A stretch of 64,000 nucleotides of DNA, taken from Haliotis rubra (taxonomy: Eukaryota). The stretch is taken from assembly GCF_003918875.1 (NCBI RefSeq), contig NW_025767501.1:1922001-1986000 (forward strand), given 5' to 3'. The position numbers were made by a program, and so were the translations under genes. The notes below the pieces were generated by a model. It was not told the DNA's origin, did not search any database, and saw only the letters and a program-made list of their open reading frames with translations. Of this stretch, positions 31,401-44,800 are shown in pieces (positions within the stretch are counted from its first letter, which is position 1; each line of letters starts with the position of its first letter).

Positions 31401-32858
31401 CAAGAAGATGTACTCATGTTTTCACTATAAACAATGTCTCCCTTGTAAATACATCTATGTTTCTGTATCTACACATGCTATGGAGATCCATGGATATTTT
31501 TTATGAACTGTTGCACAAGTGTACAGTTACTTTGATATCACTGGACAGGTTCTTTTTATTTAAACATGTACTGTATTTATACACAACCTAACTAACTATC
31601 CACTGCTTGTACAGAATATTTTAAAGCACTGATGCTTAGACTGTCACAATGAACCAAGTATATGGACCGTATTGTCGACAGAATATTGTGATACACTGAT
31701 ACTTACAGAGAATCATAATATGATACTGTGGAAGTATCCTATTGCAACAATACTTTAAGAAAGTATCATACTATGACAATGATACTTATAGGGTATTGAA
31801 GATTAGCAACAGCCCTGCAGATCATGTGTGGGGATATGACATGTGGACTACATGTTTTACCACTCAAACTGTATCTATTTTCATAGATAAAACCCAGTCC
31901 ATTCTCTTTAGTGCTTGGAATCTTACATGAAAAATGGTCAGATTTGGTCACTGGAAATGATATATACGGTAACAGTTTACAAATCTTACAGGGTGATGCT
32001 ATGATGATTTGGGGTTGATATAACAGATTTCTCAGATGTAAAATCTGCATGAAATTCTTGGCCTATTACATAAAATCGTTTTTTATACAGAATAAATCTG
32101 TCCATCATGATTTGGTGTAAGTCTTTAAAGACGGACTCCGCTCAAACAAACAGGCAAACTGGCATGTTTGATCAAAGTAATTTCACATCGACTTTGCTAA
32201 CAACTTTTATGATGTAGATCAGAGTGGCAGTAAACCACACCCTAATTACACACAGACAATGGAAACCTTTCGGCACAGTCCGTCATTAATCTAACTTAAA
32301 TACACAGTTTTCTGGTTTTTGAGGCACAATTTATCTGAATCATATCAATTACCTTTTCCTATCATCTAGTTCTGGCATATATATATTTTTAGCTTCTTGT
32401 TTATACCTTTTAGGATGACACTTGATACTTTGCTATGCAGAGTGTCTACTATATATGACAATAGCATAATACATGCTACACACCAGTCGTGTCAGCCATT
32501 TTGGCATAGTTCAAAACCCTGGGGTAAAACTGTTCTACACTAAATATTTACAGGGTGGAGTAGTTTTCATTTTAAACTTCAGATGTCTTACAAAATTCAA
32601 ACTTTCTAGATCATGAAATATGATACCTTTCATATAAAAGTCCCTCTTAAATTGTTGCATTATTTACACATAAACATTCAAAATACATACAAGGTGAAAC
32701 TTGGCTTCACTTTAAAACATTGTGTCTCTATACACATCTAAACATGTGAGCAAATAGGTTTGTCAAAGATTACACATTCAATTGCTCTAAAATAAGGAGA
32801 ATAAATTAATGAATATTTTACATCAACATTTGATTATGCTAGTTAACTGGCTTAAAAT

Positions 32859-35800
32859 CTACATAACTGTCATCTCCTCACGACTGTTAACTTTTGACCC
32901 GCCATTTAAATGTGACCCTGCCTTCTCTTCTACTGGAACTGGAGAAGAGGGCTTTGAGGGAATGGAATGAGCTGAAGATCGAGAGGGGGAGGATGTATCG
33001 GAGGGGGTTTTCAGAGGTGACATTTGGCTGTCAGCCTGGAACCCTGACCCATCTGCTCCTGGGGTTGGGACTTTGTCCTTGTATTGGTCCATGATACTGT
33101 CACATTTCTGGACAAACTCCTCCTGATACTTTTTTATGGCCTGAAAAAGAAGAACATAAATATTATATGCTCAGCAGTTACCCAATTGAACAACCATGAC
33201 CTCCCTCCCCCAACTGAACCACCATGACCTCCCTCCACCAACCGAAAACTGAAACACCACTGTGACCTCCCTCTGAAACACCACCAACTGAACCACCATG
33301 ACCTCCCTCCCCATGACTTCAACTGAAATACCAGAACCACCGTGACCTCCCTCCCCCCAACTGAACAACCGTGACCACTGAACCACCTCCTCCCCCAACT
33401 GAACCACTGTGACCTCCCTCCACCAACTGAACCACTGTGACCTCCCTCCCCCAACTGAACAACCATGACCACCCTCCCCCAACTGAACCACCGTGGACTC
33501 CTCCCTCCACTAACTGGACCACCGTGACCTCCCCCCACTTAATGAACCACCGTGACCTCCCTCCACTAACTGAACCACCGTGACCTCCCTGTCCACTAAA
33601 TGAACCACCATGACCTCCTTCCACTAAATGAACCACCATGACCTGCCTCCACTAAATGAACCACTGAACCACCGTGACCTCCCTCCCCAACTGAACTAAC
33701 CACCGTGACCTCCTCTCCACTAACTGAACCACCGACTCCCTCCACTCCACCAACTGAACCACCATGACCTCCCTCCACTAAATGACCTCCCTCCCCCAAC
33801 TGAACCACCGTGACCTCCCCCCACTAAATGAACCACCATGACCTCCCTCCAGTATGTAAACATGTTGACTTACGTCCTCCTTCTCCTGCTCAAACTCCAC
33901 CTGTACTGCCTCAAGGTTCTTCTTCAGTTCCTCCTTCTTCTTCTCCAGAATGTCCTTCAACTGTACACAAGGTTTGCATTCAGAACATTATCATAGCAGC
34001 AAAAAACAAGCATGTGAAGGAAATGTAAAAATGTTGATCATATTACAACTGAGTAGTACAGTACCAGTGCCCAAGTAGGGAATGAACCCACTTGGCCTGT
34101 ACCATAAAGATACTTATCACTGTGTCTAAGAATACTACCACTATTACATCACGGACAATATCCATTCAATCGGGCTAAAATCACACTTAAAATTCCTTAG
34201 ATTTTCAACAAACAGTCCTCTTCACTGTCAGCCATCATAAACAGTTCTCAGGCAAAACATACCTTCTGCAAAAGCCTTGGTGGGAAAAATAACTTCTATC
34301 TAATCAGTATGTTTGCTACATACAGATGGGGAAGTGAGAGGGTTTACATTCTGATTGTAATAGAGGGAGTACTTTGAAACTTGTGCTCCAGACCACTTGT
34401 GGCAGAGGAGAAATGTCTCAATGATCAGAGGGAGAATTTGACAACTGGAAGTGTCCATTTCATGATTCTGATGGAGACAAGTCACAAAGGCACAGTTTCA
34501 GTCAACAAACTTTACAATTTCGTTCCCCACTGTTGTTGTAGGTATGTTAATATTGTGGCATTGTCAGTAGCAGCCAGTACCGACACAACCTGTCTCCCAA
34601 GTTTTCATCTCCAGACGTTAATATAGAGAGTTTTGTCAACATCTGTCATGTCTCCTGGACTGTAGTTCCACCTATGGCATTCAGATCAATGGGTGTCATA
34701 GAGTTCAGCCAAATTTGAAGAAGGCAGAGCTAAAGTTGTCATCTGTGAGTTCTTGAAAAATACATCAGTAACCCCAGACATTTCATCCACCAACAAGATT
34801 GGATGGGCTGACTAACACCTTTCATAATCATCACTTGCAACTTCACGTAATGGTTTGGGTTCTCAGAATACCCTAAGGATGTTTCTTAGCTTTAGATGTG
34901 TGAGCAAGTCAGGTAAATCTCAGATAGACTGTCTAAACGAATATCCATCCAACGTATGACAGATTTATTCACCAATGCTGTGATGGAGCAATGCATGAGG
35001 GCCTCCATCAGATGAGACAGTGATGAGAGATCAGGTTGGAAACTTTTCTGATGTAACTTCTCAACACTGAATTCTTCCTTCCTGGGTCACATGCTTTCAT
35101 GTTAGGAGAACTTGATATACGTTTTCCAAATCTTGCCTCATCTTTTTAGAAGAGAGCAATGATGGTGTAGCAAAGCCTTCCCATGCAGTGCACATAATGA
35201 TGAAGTACCATAAGGAAGGATTATTTGGAGGCTTCTGAAATGAGGTTTACAAATATCTACCTATCGCTATACTTCAAGATTTGAACAAACTATAGATATC
35301 TTATGACACAATTTAGAATTAACTTAGAATTGATGTTAACATTAAGAACACAAAGAATATAGCATAAACTAACAAGAAGACAAAGTCATCAAAATCCCCC
35401 TCAATGGCAAAATACTCTTCATGTCTACGAGTTATGACTATGTCAAATGTGTTGGCAGGTATATAGCTAAGTGGAAGCAGAGTACTGAAAGGTTTCAAAG
35501 TTCTGCTCCAGAAAGGAGCACTACCACCAAATTCAGTTGAAGGCAAAATTGTTGCCATGGAAACGCAAAAAAACCCCATTTCATTCAGAAATCCAAAAGT
35601 AGCAAAAGGCACCAGTTCACCACTAGACCTACCTATGTATGAAATTTCGTGATGATACAGTGAACAGTTTTTAAGTTCTGCTCCGGAAAAGAGCACTACC
35701 ACCAATTTGAGTCAAAATGAAACCTGTTGCCATGGAAACGCCAAAACATTTTTTATTCAGAAATCCAAAACCACCAAAAGGCACCAGTTCACTACCAGAT

Positions 35801-38800
35801 CTATCTATGTGCCAAGTTTGGTGAAGAAACATTGAACAGTTTTAGAGTTCTGCTCCGGAAAAGAGCACTACCACCAATTTGAGTCAAAATGAAACTTGTT
35901 GCCATGGAAATGCAAAAAAATATTTTATTCAGAAATCCAAAACTACCAAAAGGCACCAGTAGACCACCAGATCTATCTATGTGCCAAGTTTGGTGAAGAA
36001 ATATTGAACGGTTTTAGAGTTATGCTCCGGAAAAGATGTGCACGGACGGACGGACGCACGCATGCACACAGAATTGATGTTCCTGCCATATGCAAAGGCA
36101 ATGCACAAGGTAAAGAACTGGTTGGGATGGCTTACAGTGAAGAGGACATGTGTTTACAATTAAACCATTTTTAGTTTGATATTATCCAAAATTCAGAATT
36201 ATTGGCTGTGATGTAATAGAGGGAGGCAGAGTATTCAGAGTAATCAAAGCTAAATACAATGTGAAGAAAAACATACCCTCTGTCTTTCTTGGACCACAAC
36301 CTGGATATGTTTTGTTTGTGCCTCTCTCTTTATTCTGAAACAATCGATTGCTGAATTTATTGCATACACTCTCAACCTTGAACACTGATGGATGCCTTTT
36401 ACAAAAAGTTGGCAAATAATGTCAAAACAAAATCCCCATGGCCACCATATTATCAGATGTTGTAGTGATTCCCTGAGTGTGAGAGTCAGCAAATAGATTG
36501 ATCTCTACAATGTAAGCAAACTCTGTGAGGGAAGCCCTATAACTGACAAGCATGAAATGATGGACTTCAATCCTTATCAGTGGATCATGGCACACCATCA
36601 TAAGTTAGGCTATGTCCATTGAGCCGCCTTAGCCTACATGCACATGGGCTGGTTTGCTAAACGTCAACCTAGAAAATCAGCTTCTATAACCAGAACTTAA
36701 TCAGGTTTACCTGACAACATCTTTGGCATTACAGTTTCTATATTTTGTACAGTAGTTTTGGCTTATGGTCCAGAATCTTGGCAAAACCATTACATGTGCT
36801 TGTCAAAATAATTACGTATTTACCCTATGACAATAAAATTAAACATATTTTTACCAGTATGATCCACGTGTTTCTTGGTAAGAACCTTCACAAATGATCT
36901 TACCATGAAAGTTCCTCTTTGTCCCTGTGTTTCTTGGTAAGAACCTTCACAAATGATCTGCGGCGTAAAACTAAACTCACTCACAAATGATCTTACCTTG
37001 AAAGCTCCTGTTTGTCCTTGTGTTTCTTGGCTAGAACCTTCATATGCTCCCTGTTCTGTTGGTCCATCTTCTTCTTGAGCTCCCCTACCTCTCGGTCATG
37101 CAGTTCCTCTAACCTCTTGTTGTGACCAGCCTGGCTGGTATCTAAGAGCTGCTGTAGTGAGCTGTATATCGCATCATGATGACGTAAATAAATGTTCATT
37201 TCTGCTTGGTAATGGTCTTTGCATAGCGCCACATAGATCTGAGTCTGGTTCTGTTTCAGTTCACGGATCTGGAAAGGTCAAGGTTATTGTATTTTGCACT
37301 AGCATTTTAGAGGAAAACCTTAAGCATATGGCTGTGCTGCAACAAGCCAGTGGTAAAGAAGCAATGTAACTGCCAAACTGTCATGGTCTTCTAACTAAAC
37401 CCATGAGGCTCATATACATACATTTTAAACAATCGTTATTAGTTTGAGTGTAATACTATAAGGTTCTACTGGTAGATTATATATTTTGGAATTCTGATTC
37501 AAATTTAAGGTTAAAAATGGCATGATATCTAATTGTGCACTACAGGCTAATGGCATTAAATACTGAATACAATTATATACTAGCGACATTTGTGTCAGGA
37601 TTGGAGAAACGACTGATTGATAAAATGAGCAGTATTTGTTGCCCTCTGTCCCAAGTCATCGAGTATGATCACCTGACCTACCTATTAAGACAAGCTTATG
37701 TTACTAGGGACTGACTCTAACCTGCAATCCCTACAGAAATCTTTGTTCCATTCAGTTTTGTTGCCTGACATTTAAGTGTAATACATAACATCATGACATA
37801 TAGAAATCCTTATATTGTGTTTGAGGAGTGACCCACCTGCTGTTCTCTGTCCTTATCAAACTGTGTCTTTTCCTCGAAGCACTTGGCCTGGACCTCCCCG
37901 AGACCCTGCCCCATCTTCCCAGCTTTCTTGAGCAGCTTGCAGTGTGTCTTGTCCAGAGTCCGGGCAGCCTTCTCCTGACTGGAGGCCACCTTTTCCACTT
38001 GTTGGGCATGTTGGTCAATCATGTTCTCCTGGGCCTTCAAGAACAAGACAAATGGATGAGTAAATGTGGACACACTGCAGCATCACTGTAGTGGACACCA
38101 GAAACTGGCTTAACACTTTGTTCTCATGAATTGAACCTGGGCCTTTGGCTTTGTGAGTGAATGAGTGAACCTCTTGCATACCGAACCCAACAAGGGAGTT
38201 CAGATGCTTCTCATAATGGGCTTCATGCATAGGAATCTGAGAGTGTGTGAGCAAGATGGACTTAATGCCAATTTAATAATACTGCCATTGTACCAATAGT
38301 ATTGTATCATTTGTATCTTGTGACATGGCTGCATGGTAATGGTTATCAACAAAGGTACAGTAAAATGTAATTTTGCATAAATCAACCTACTTTTTCATGT
38401 TTTTTCCGCAATGATTCCAGTTCCTTGTCCCGCTTCCCAGCAACCTTCAGATATGGTTTCTGCTGTTTCAGGGCAGACAAAGGGGTGGGTGTCAGAATTT
38501 CAGGATCTGAAATCAAAACATAATTCAGAGTAACATGTCTTCATTAGGTAAGGTCAGTCAGAGAGCAGAGTTGAGGTGGCTTTGTACTTAATCTGCTGTC
38601 CGGTCCTTGAAGCTAAGTGAAGTAACTGTCAGGTAATTGTCTCCCCTTAGACCACTAGACTACCAATACACCTGGAGCTAACATCCTGCCCGTTCAACAG
38701 AATGACTGTGGTACATTCGATCAGATCAGGTGAGTCTTGATAACACCCAATACCAAACTCTGTCAGTGCCGAGCATGAGATACTGAGGTTCTATTGTAAT

Positions 38801-41800
38801 TGTGAATTAGGACAACCTCTCTGAAGACGCCTATCACTAAGTCTAATACATGCACTGAGATCTCTGCTGTTGGGCAGTGATGAAATCTCACATGATAAGC
38901 TGAGGACTGACACTAGTTCTTCCCCAGACACATAATCCCACACCTATTTCAGGTGACTCTTACAAGCCTACGGGGATCTGATTCTGAAGGAACTTCCTTT
39001 TCATCACAAGTCAACATTATGACTCTTGTTAACTTACCATTGAGTTTTGTTGTCTGGGCCACAGAGACTGAGGATGTCCCGTTCTCAACTCCTGGGTGAG
39101 AGGAGGGTATACGAGTGAGTGCACTGGGTGCTGGAACACATTAATGCAGAGTGGTCATGATAGACAATGGAGGACTTGTTGGCCCAAAAATGACTTGCCA
39201 TGTATGAAAAGTAAACTCGCACAAACAGTGCCTGAGTGAATGTTATTTTACACTACATACAACAATATTTCCAGCTATGACAACTGTGCGTAAATTGTGA
39301 GTTTGAGTCTGAATCTGATCTTTTTCATGAAGAGCAAACACTTAAACTACCTCGCTACCCGACAACTCTCATTCTCAACTCTCACTGGCGAATCCTGCAT
39401 TATCCTGAAAATGGCACCACCTCAATACGGTATGACAAAAAGTATGAATGACTGAAGCTCACCTGGACTGCCACTTCCCTGGCTAGCTCCAGACTGTGTA
39501 CTCTCCTGCTTGACCAGTGTCCTTTCAGGAACTGTCTGAGGAATCTGTTTACCGATCTGTGACGCTGAAGTGCCAGTCTTTACGCTTGAATTGGTCACAC
39601 TTTTCCTACTCAGTATTGAGTCTACACGCTGTGGTCCTTTCTCGGGAACATCTTGTGTTCCTTCCTAAAAACAGAGATGTTTGCAAGTACAATAACAAAT
39701 CGTAAGTACAATGGAAAAAGTATCATGAGATAAACTTTGTAAACAATGAATATTGTTTTTATTTCATTGGAAAACAATGACTTTAAACATACTGAAGATT
39801 ATGGTTATCTGTTCACAATGTCAATAAACACTTATATATTACATCAAATGGTCTTTTCCATACAACTAGTCCTATCTACATCAAACAACTGAATACAATG
39901 ATTACCGGTAAGTGTTTTTTTGTCCTCACATTTAAAAGAGATCCAGAATTTGGTTCTAGGCTAGAAGTAACTAGTCATGCTTATCCAGGTAGCTATTTCA
40001 TGCTAAGAAAGCTACCTAGGATTAAATGGTGTTATATCGTAATAAAACACAGGGAGAGATGACAAAGGGTGTTATTACACTTGCCTATATCATGTATTAT
40101 GACAGGCATGTGAAGGATGTCAGACAGGTGCTACATTATGTCTGGGAGGGGTATTGGGCAGAATTACAGATATATCCAGTAGGGGTGTTGGGCAGTATTA
40201 CAGATATATCCAGTGAGGGTGTTGGGCAGTATTACAGATATATCCAGTGAGGGGTGTTGGGCAGTATTACAGATATATCCAGTAGGGGTGTTGGGCAGTA
40301 TTACAGATATATCCAGTGAGGGTGTTGGGCAGTATTACAGATATATCCAGTAGGGGTGTTGGGCAGTATTACAGATATATCCAGTGAGGGTGTTGGGCAG
40401 TATTACAGATATATCCAGTAGGGGTGTTGGGCAGTATTACAGATATATCCAGTGAGGGTGTTGGGCAGTATTACAGATATATCCAGTAGGGTGTTGGGCA
40501 GTATTACAGATATATCCAGTAGGGTGTTGGGCAGTATTACAGATATATCCAGTAGGGTGTTGGGCAGTATTACAGTATCCAGCAGCATTACAGATATTAC
40601 AGATATATCCAGTGAGGGTGTTGGGCAGTATTACAGATATATCCAGTAGGGTGTTGGGCACAGTATTACAGATATATCAGTAGGGTGTTGGGCAGTATTA
40701 CAGATATATCCAGTAGGGGTGTTGGGCAGTATTACAGATATATCCAGTGAGGGTGTTGGGCAGTATTACAGATATATCCAGTGAGGGTGTTGGGCAGTAT
40801 TACAGATATATCCAGTAGGGGTGTTGGGCAGTATTACAGATATATCCAGTGAGGGGTGTGTTGGGCAGGTATAACAGATATAGATTACATGTTGGGCAGT
40901 ATTACAGATATATATCCAGTCCAGATAAGATAAGGGTATTTACAGATATATTCAGTGAGGGGTGTCGGGCAGTATTACAGATATATTCAGTAGGGGTGTT
41001 GGGCACTATTACAGATATATCCAGTGAGGGTGTTGGGCAGTATTACAGCTATATCCAGTGAGGGGTGTTGTACAGTATTACAGATATATCCAGTGAGGGG
41101 AGTTGGGCAGTATTACAGATATATCCAGTGAAGGGGGGTTGGAAAGTATTACAGATATATCCAGTAGGGGTGTTGGACAGTATAACAGATATATCCAGTG
41201 AGGGTGTTGGGCAGTATTACAGATATATCCAGAAGGGGTGTTGGGCAGTATTACAGATATATCCAGTGAGGGTGTTGGGCAGTATTACAGATATATCCAG
41301 TAGGGGTGTTGGGCAGTATTACAGATATATCCAGTAGGGGTGTTGGGCAGTATTACAGATATATCCAGTAGGGGTGTTGGGCAGTTGGGCAGTATTACAG
41401 ATATATCCAGTGAGAGTGTTGGGCAGTATTACAGATATATCCAGTGAGGGTGTTGGGCAGTATTACAGATATATCCAGTGAGGGTGTTGGGCAGTATTAC
41501 AGATATATCCAGTGAGGGGTGTTGGACAGTATTACAGATATATCCAGTAGGGGTGTTGGGCAGTATTACAGATATATCCAGTGAGGGTGTTGGGCAGTAT
41601 TACAGATATATTCAGTGAGGGGTGTTGGGCAGTATTACAGATATATCCAGTAGGGGTGTTGGGCAGTATTACAGATATATCCAGTGAGGGTGTTGGGCAG
41701 TATTACAGATATATCCAGTGAGGGGTGTTGGACAGTATTACAGATATATCCAGTGAGGGGTGTTGGACAGTATTACAGATATATCCAGTGAGGGGTATTA

Positions 41801-44800
41801 CAGATATATCCAGTGAGGGGAGTTGGGCAGTATTACAGATATATCCAGTGAGGGGTGTTGGACAGTATTACAGATATATCCAGTAGGGGTGTTGGGCAGT
41901 ATTACAGATATATCCAGTAGGGGTGTTGGACAGTATAACAGATATATCCAGTGAGGGTGTTGGGCAGTATTACAGATATATCCAGTAGGGGTGTTGGGCA
42001 GTATAACAGATATATCCAGTGAGGGGTGTTGGGCAGTATTACAGATATATCCAGTGAGGGGTGTTGGGCAGTATTACAGATATATCCAGTGAGGGTGTTG
42101 GGCAGAATTACGGATATATCCATTGAGGGGTGGGCAAAATTACAGATACAACAAGGGTGGGGTACTACAGATATGTCAGGGAATTTATTTGGGCAGTGCC
42201 ACTGCAAGATAATGTCTATGTCAGGCTGTGAAATGCCATCAATATGAGGAACACTCCGAGCCATCAAAGCATATACCTTCAGCTACACATTTTTACATAT
42301 TACAACATTAGTCTACAACTCCAGAGGAAGTACATAATTCAAGCAGTTATACCTTGAAACAATATTTGATTATATCATGTCCTCCAGTCATTGTGGCCAT
42401 CAAATCTCCAATTCTGTTACCTTTGCACTGGTTATTGTACATCCAGTCTTTATCCTTATGTGTATTGAGGGGCAACCTTATAACCAATGGCTAAGGCCTC
42501 AGTTTATTACAAAGTGGTCAAGGCAAACTAAGTGAGTATTGTCAGCAGAGTGAACAACAGAAGGGTCTTTTGAATTTTATGCAATTTCAGCTTGAACTTA
42601 TGAAAGGATTAGTGCTTTAATTATTTCTCATAATGAAAATGAAAGAGTTACTCCCATATATCACAGAACTATGTCACCAGACCTACTTGGACAAAAACAC
42701 ATATTTTCATATGCTATATCTAGTTTGAAATACCATGTAATACAAACTTCCCATGGTGAAGCAAGTCCCTGACTTACAGTGGGTGTACTAAGATATAATA
42801 CTCAGATATCAATGCTATAGACAGTCAAATGTATGTGTGTACATTCAAATGACCTTGAATCTAGAACAGATGGAGTCACAAGGACTATTTGTAACAACAA
42901 TTCTCAATGTTGAAACAACACTTGAACAACAGTTTTAGGTTTAACCATTACAAAAACTTCCAAATATAACATGCATACACTTATTGATAAAACACAACAA
43001 AGTTTAACACACATTTGGCATCTATAACATGTATATTTCAACAGGTGACACACAGACTGTTAAAATATTTGTAACAAACAACATACGAGTTGATATTTAG
43101 CTCGAATGGTGTGTTTAACACCAGTAATAGAATGATCTACCTAGGAGAAACATACCGGACACACTACAGAAACACACAATTCCACCTGTCCATAGTAAAC
43201 ACTACTCTAATCTCTCTTCTAGTAAACTGACATACAAAACTCACAAACATGGTGCTTTGGGATTATTGTCGAGAAAAAAACCACATCAATATTTAGAAAA
43301 GCATTTTGCTTGTGACTTACAATTCACAAACATTGTGTACATGTTGCAAAAACACAACAAATATTGTACGAAGATGACATGTTGCCAGTGCATCGCCCAA
43401 CATATATGATTCAGTCCATGTTGACAGGTTAATGACATGCACCAAAATGGTCTATACATCTGGCTGCCAACACCATGTAGTCGTCTCATCATGTGTTCCT
43501 GCTGACGTGGTGACTGAACGCTGTTGATGCTGGTGAAGTGATTGTGAGCATCCAGTTGTGCAGATGGAGATGGCACAGGTGATGGTCATCTTGCAGGGTG
43601 GTCACTCTTTGACTCCTTGGACTGTCAGACTGTATGGCCTGTCTGGTTAATGCATCTCATTAGTCTGCCTTGTACAGCTGAACATTTGGGCAATATGGTT
43701 GTTTGAAGTCCCATTCTGCAACATTCCAGTGGCTGGTTCTTGCTCGGCTGCTGATTTTCTTGGCATTTTGATGTGTGCCTTACTACAGCTATACTACCAA
43801 TAACATTGGCAACAGGTACACAATGTTTGTCACTTGTAAGTCGCAATCATAACACTTTTCAAAATATTTACATTTGTTTTGGAACTTAATCACTAACCAC
43901 CAGGAGGCTACTTACTTTTGTATGCCAGTTTATACAGTCTACACTAGTACCTAATCTGCGATATTCGCCTCAGTACATACATATCAATGTACAACTAGAA
44001 CAAGCTATCCCTCATAAATCTATGAAAGGAGGCCAGGGTCTTTACATTATGGCTGACAGTTCATTTCAATAACATTCATACAAATTATAATTCAGTGTGT
44101 TAAAGGACTTAAACTCAGCATTTTGGTACGGCCAACCACTAGGCTATCCATCCTACTGCCCTACTTGCCACTAGGATGTAATCTAGCGCGCTGATGTATT
44201 TACAGAATGATGTTATATAACAGTAGTTAACAGTATTACTACATATGAAAGAATGGCCCAGAGAAATGCATGTTCCAGATAGTTACCACTGGTAAAAACC
44301 CACAAACAATGGTACGGTTCTGGCAAACCAAGAAACTAACTGAGGAGGAATCTGGGATTTGAATTCTCCATCCTGGGATTTAGAATGGTCAAGGGACACA
44401 ACTCTGTACAGCTGCATGCAGCACCAATCATGGTGAGTAAACAATGTTTAATCATCATGTAGTGCTTTGTAGTTATTTAACTTGAGTATTCTTTAAGAAT
44501 GCAGATATTAATATTTGGGAATGTCTACAGTCCATTCACATAACATAGGATAATATTATGATGTTCATCATGCATAACACGGTTTATCCAGCCTCATGTA
44601 AGAATGTCGAGTTTTGATTGGTTCACGTGACTCTGATAAAATACCATGTACACCTGGCATGATCCGCAAGCAGGGAGTACAAAAGTCATATTATCCTGCC
44701 ACACCTCGGTGACCACGCTAAGTGAGAAAAGCGTGCATCGCCAAGCCTTTTTTAACGTGCACTGCATTGAGGTCAATCGATCAGCTGTTGTCAACATGGC

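Noticed and set aside
33134-33808. Gly-rich ORFs
   Set aside because: Translation of the intronic minisatellite.
40147-42150. CRISPR-like array
   Set aside because: Head-to-tail repeats with no unique spacers, no cas genes, eukaryotic intron.
43490-43640. Possible alternative terminal PLC exon ([12 protein letters not shown]...)
   Set aside because: Phase would fit, but the acceptor is weak and there is no homology or transcript support.
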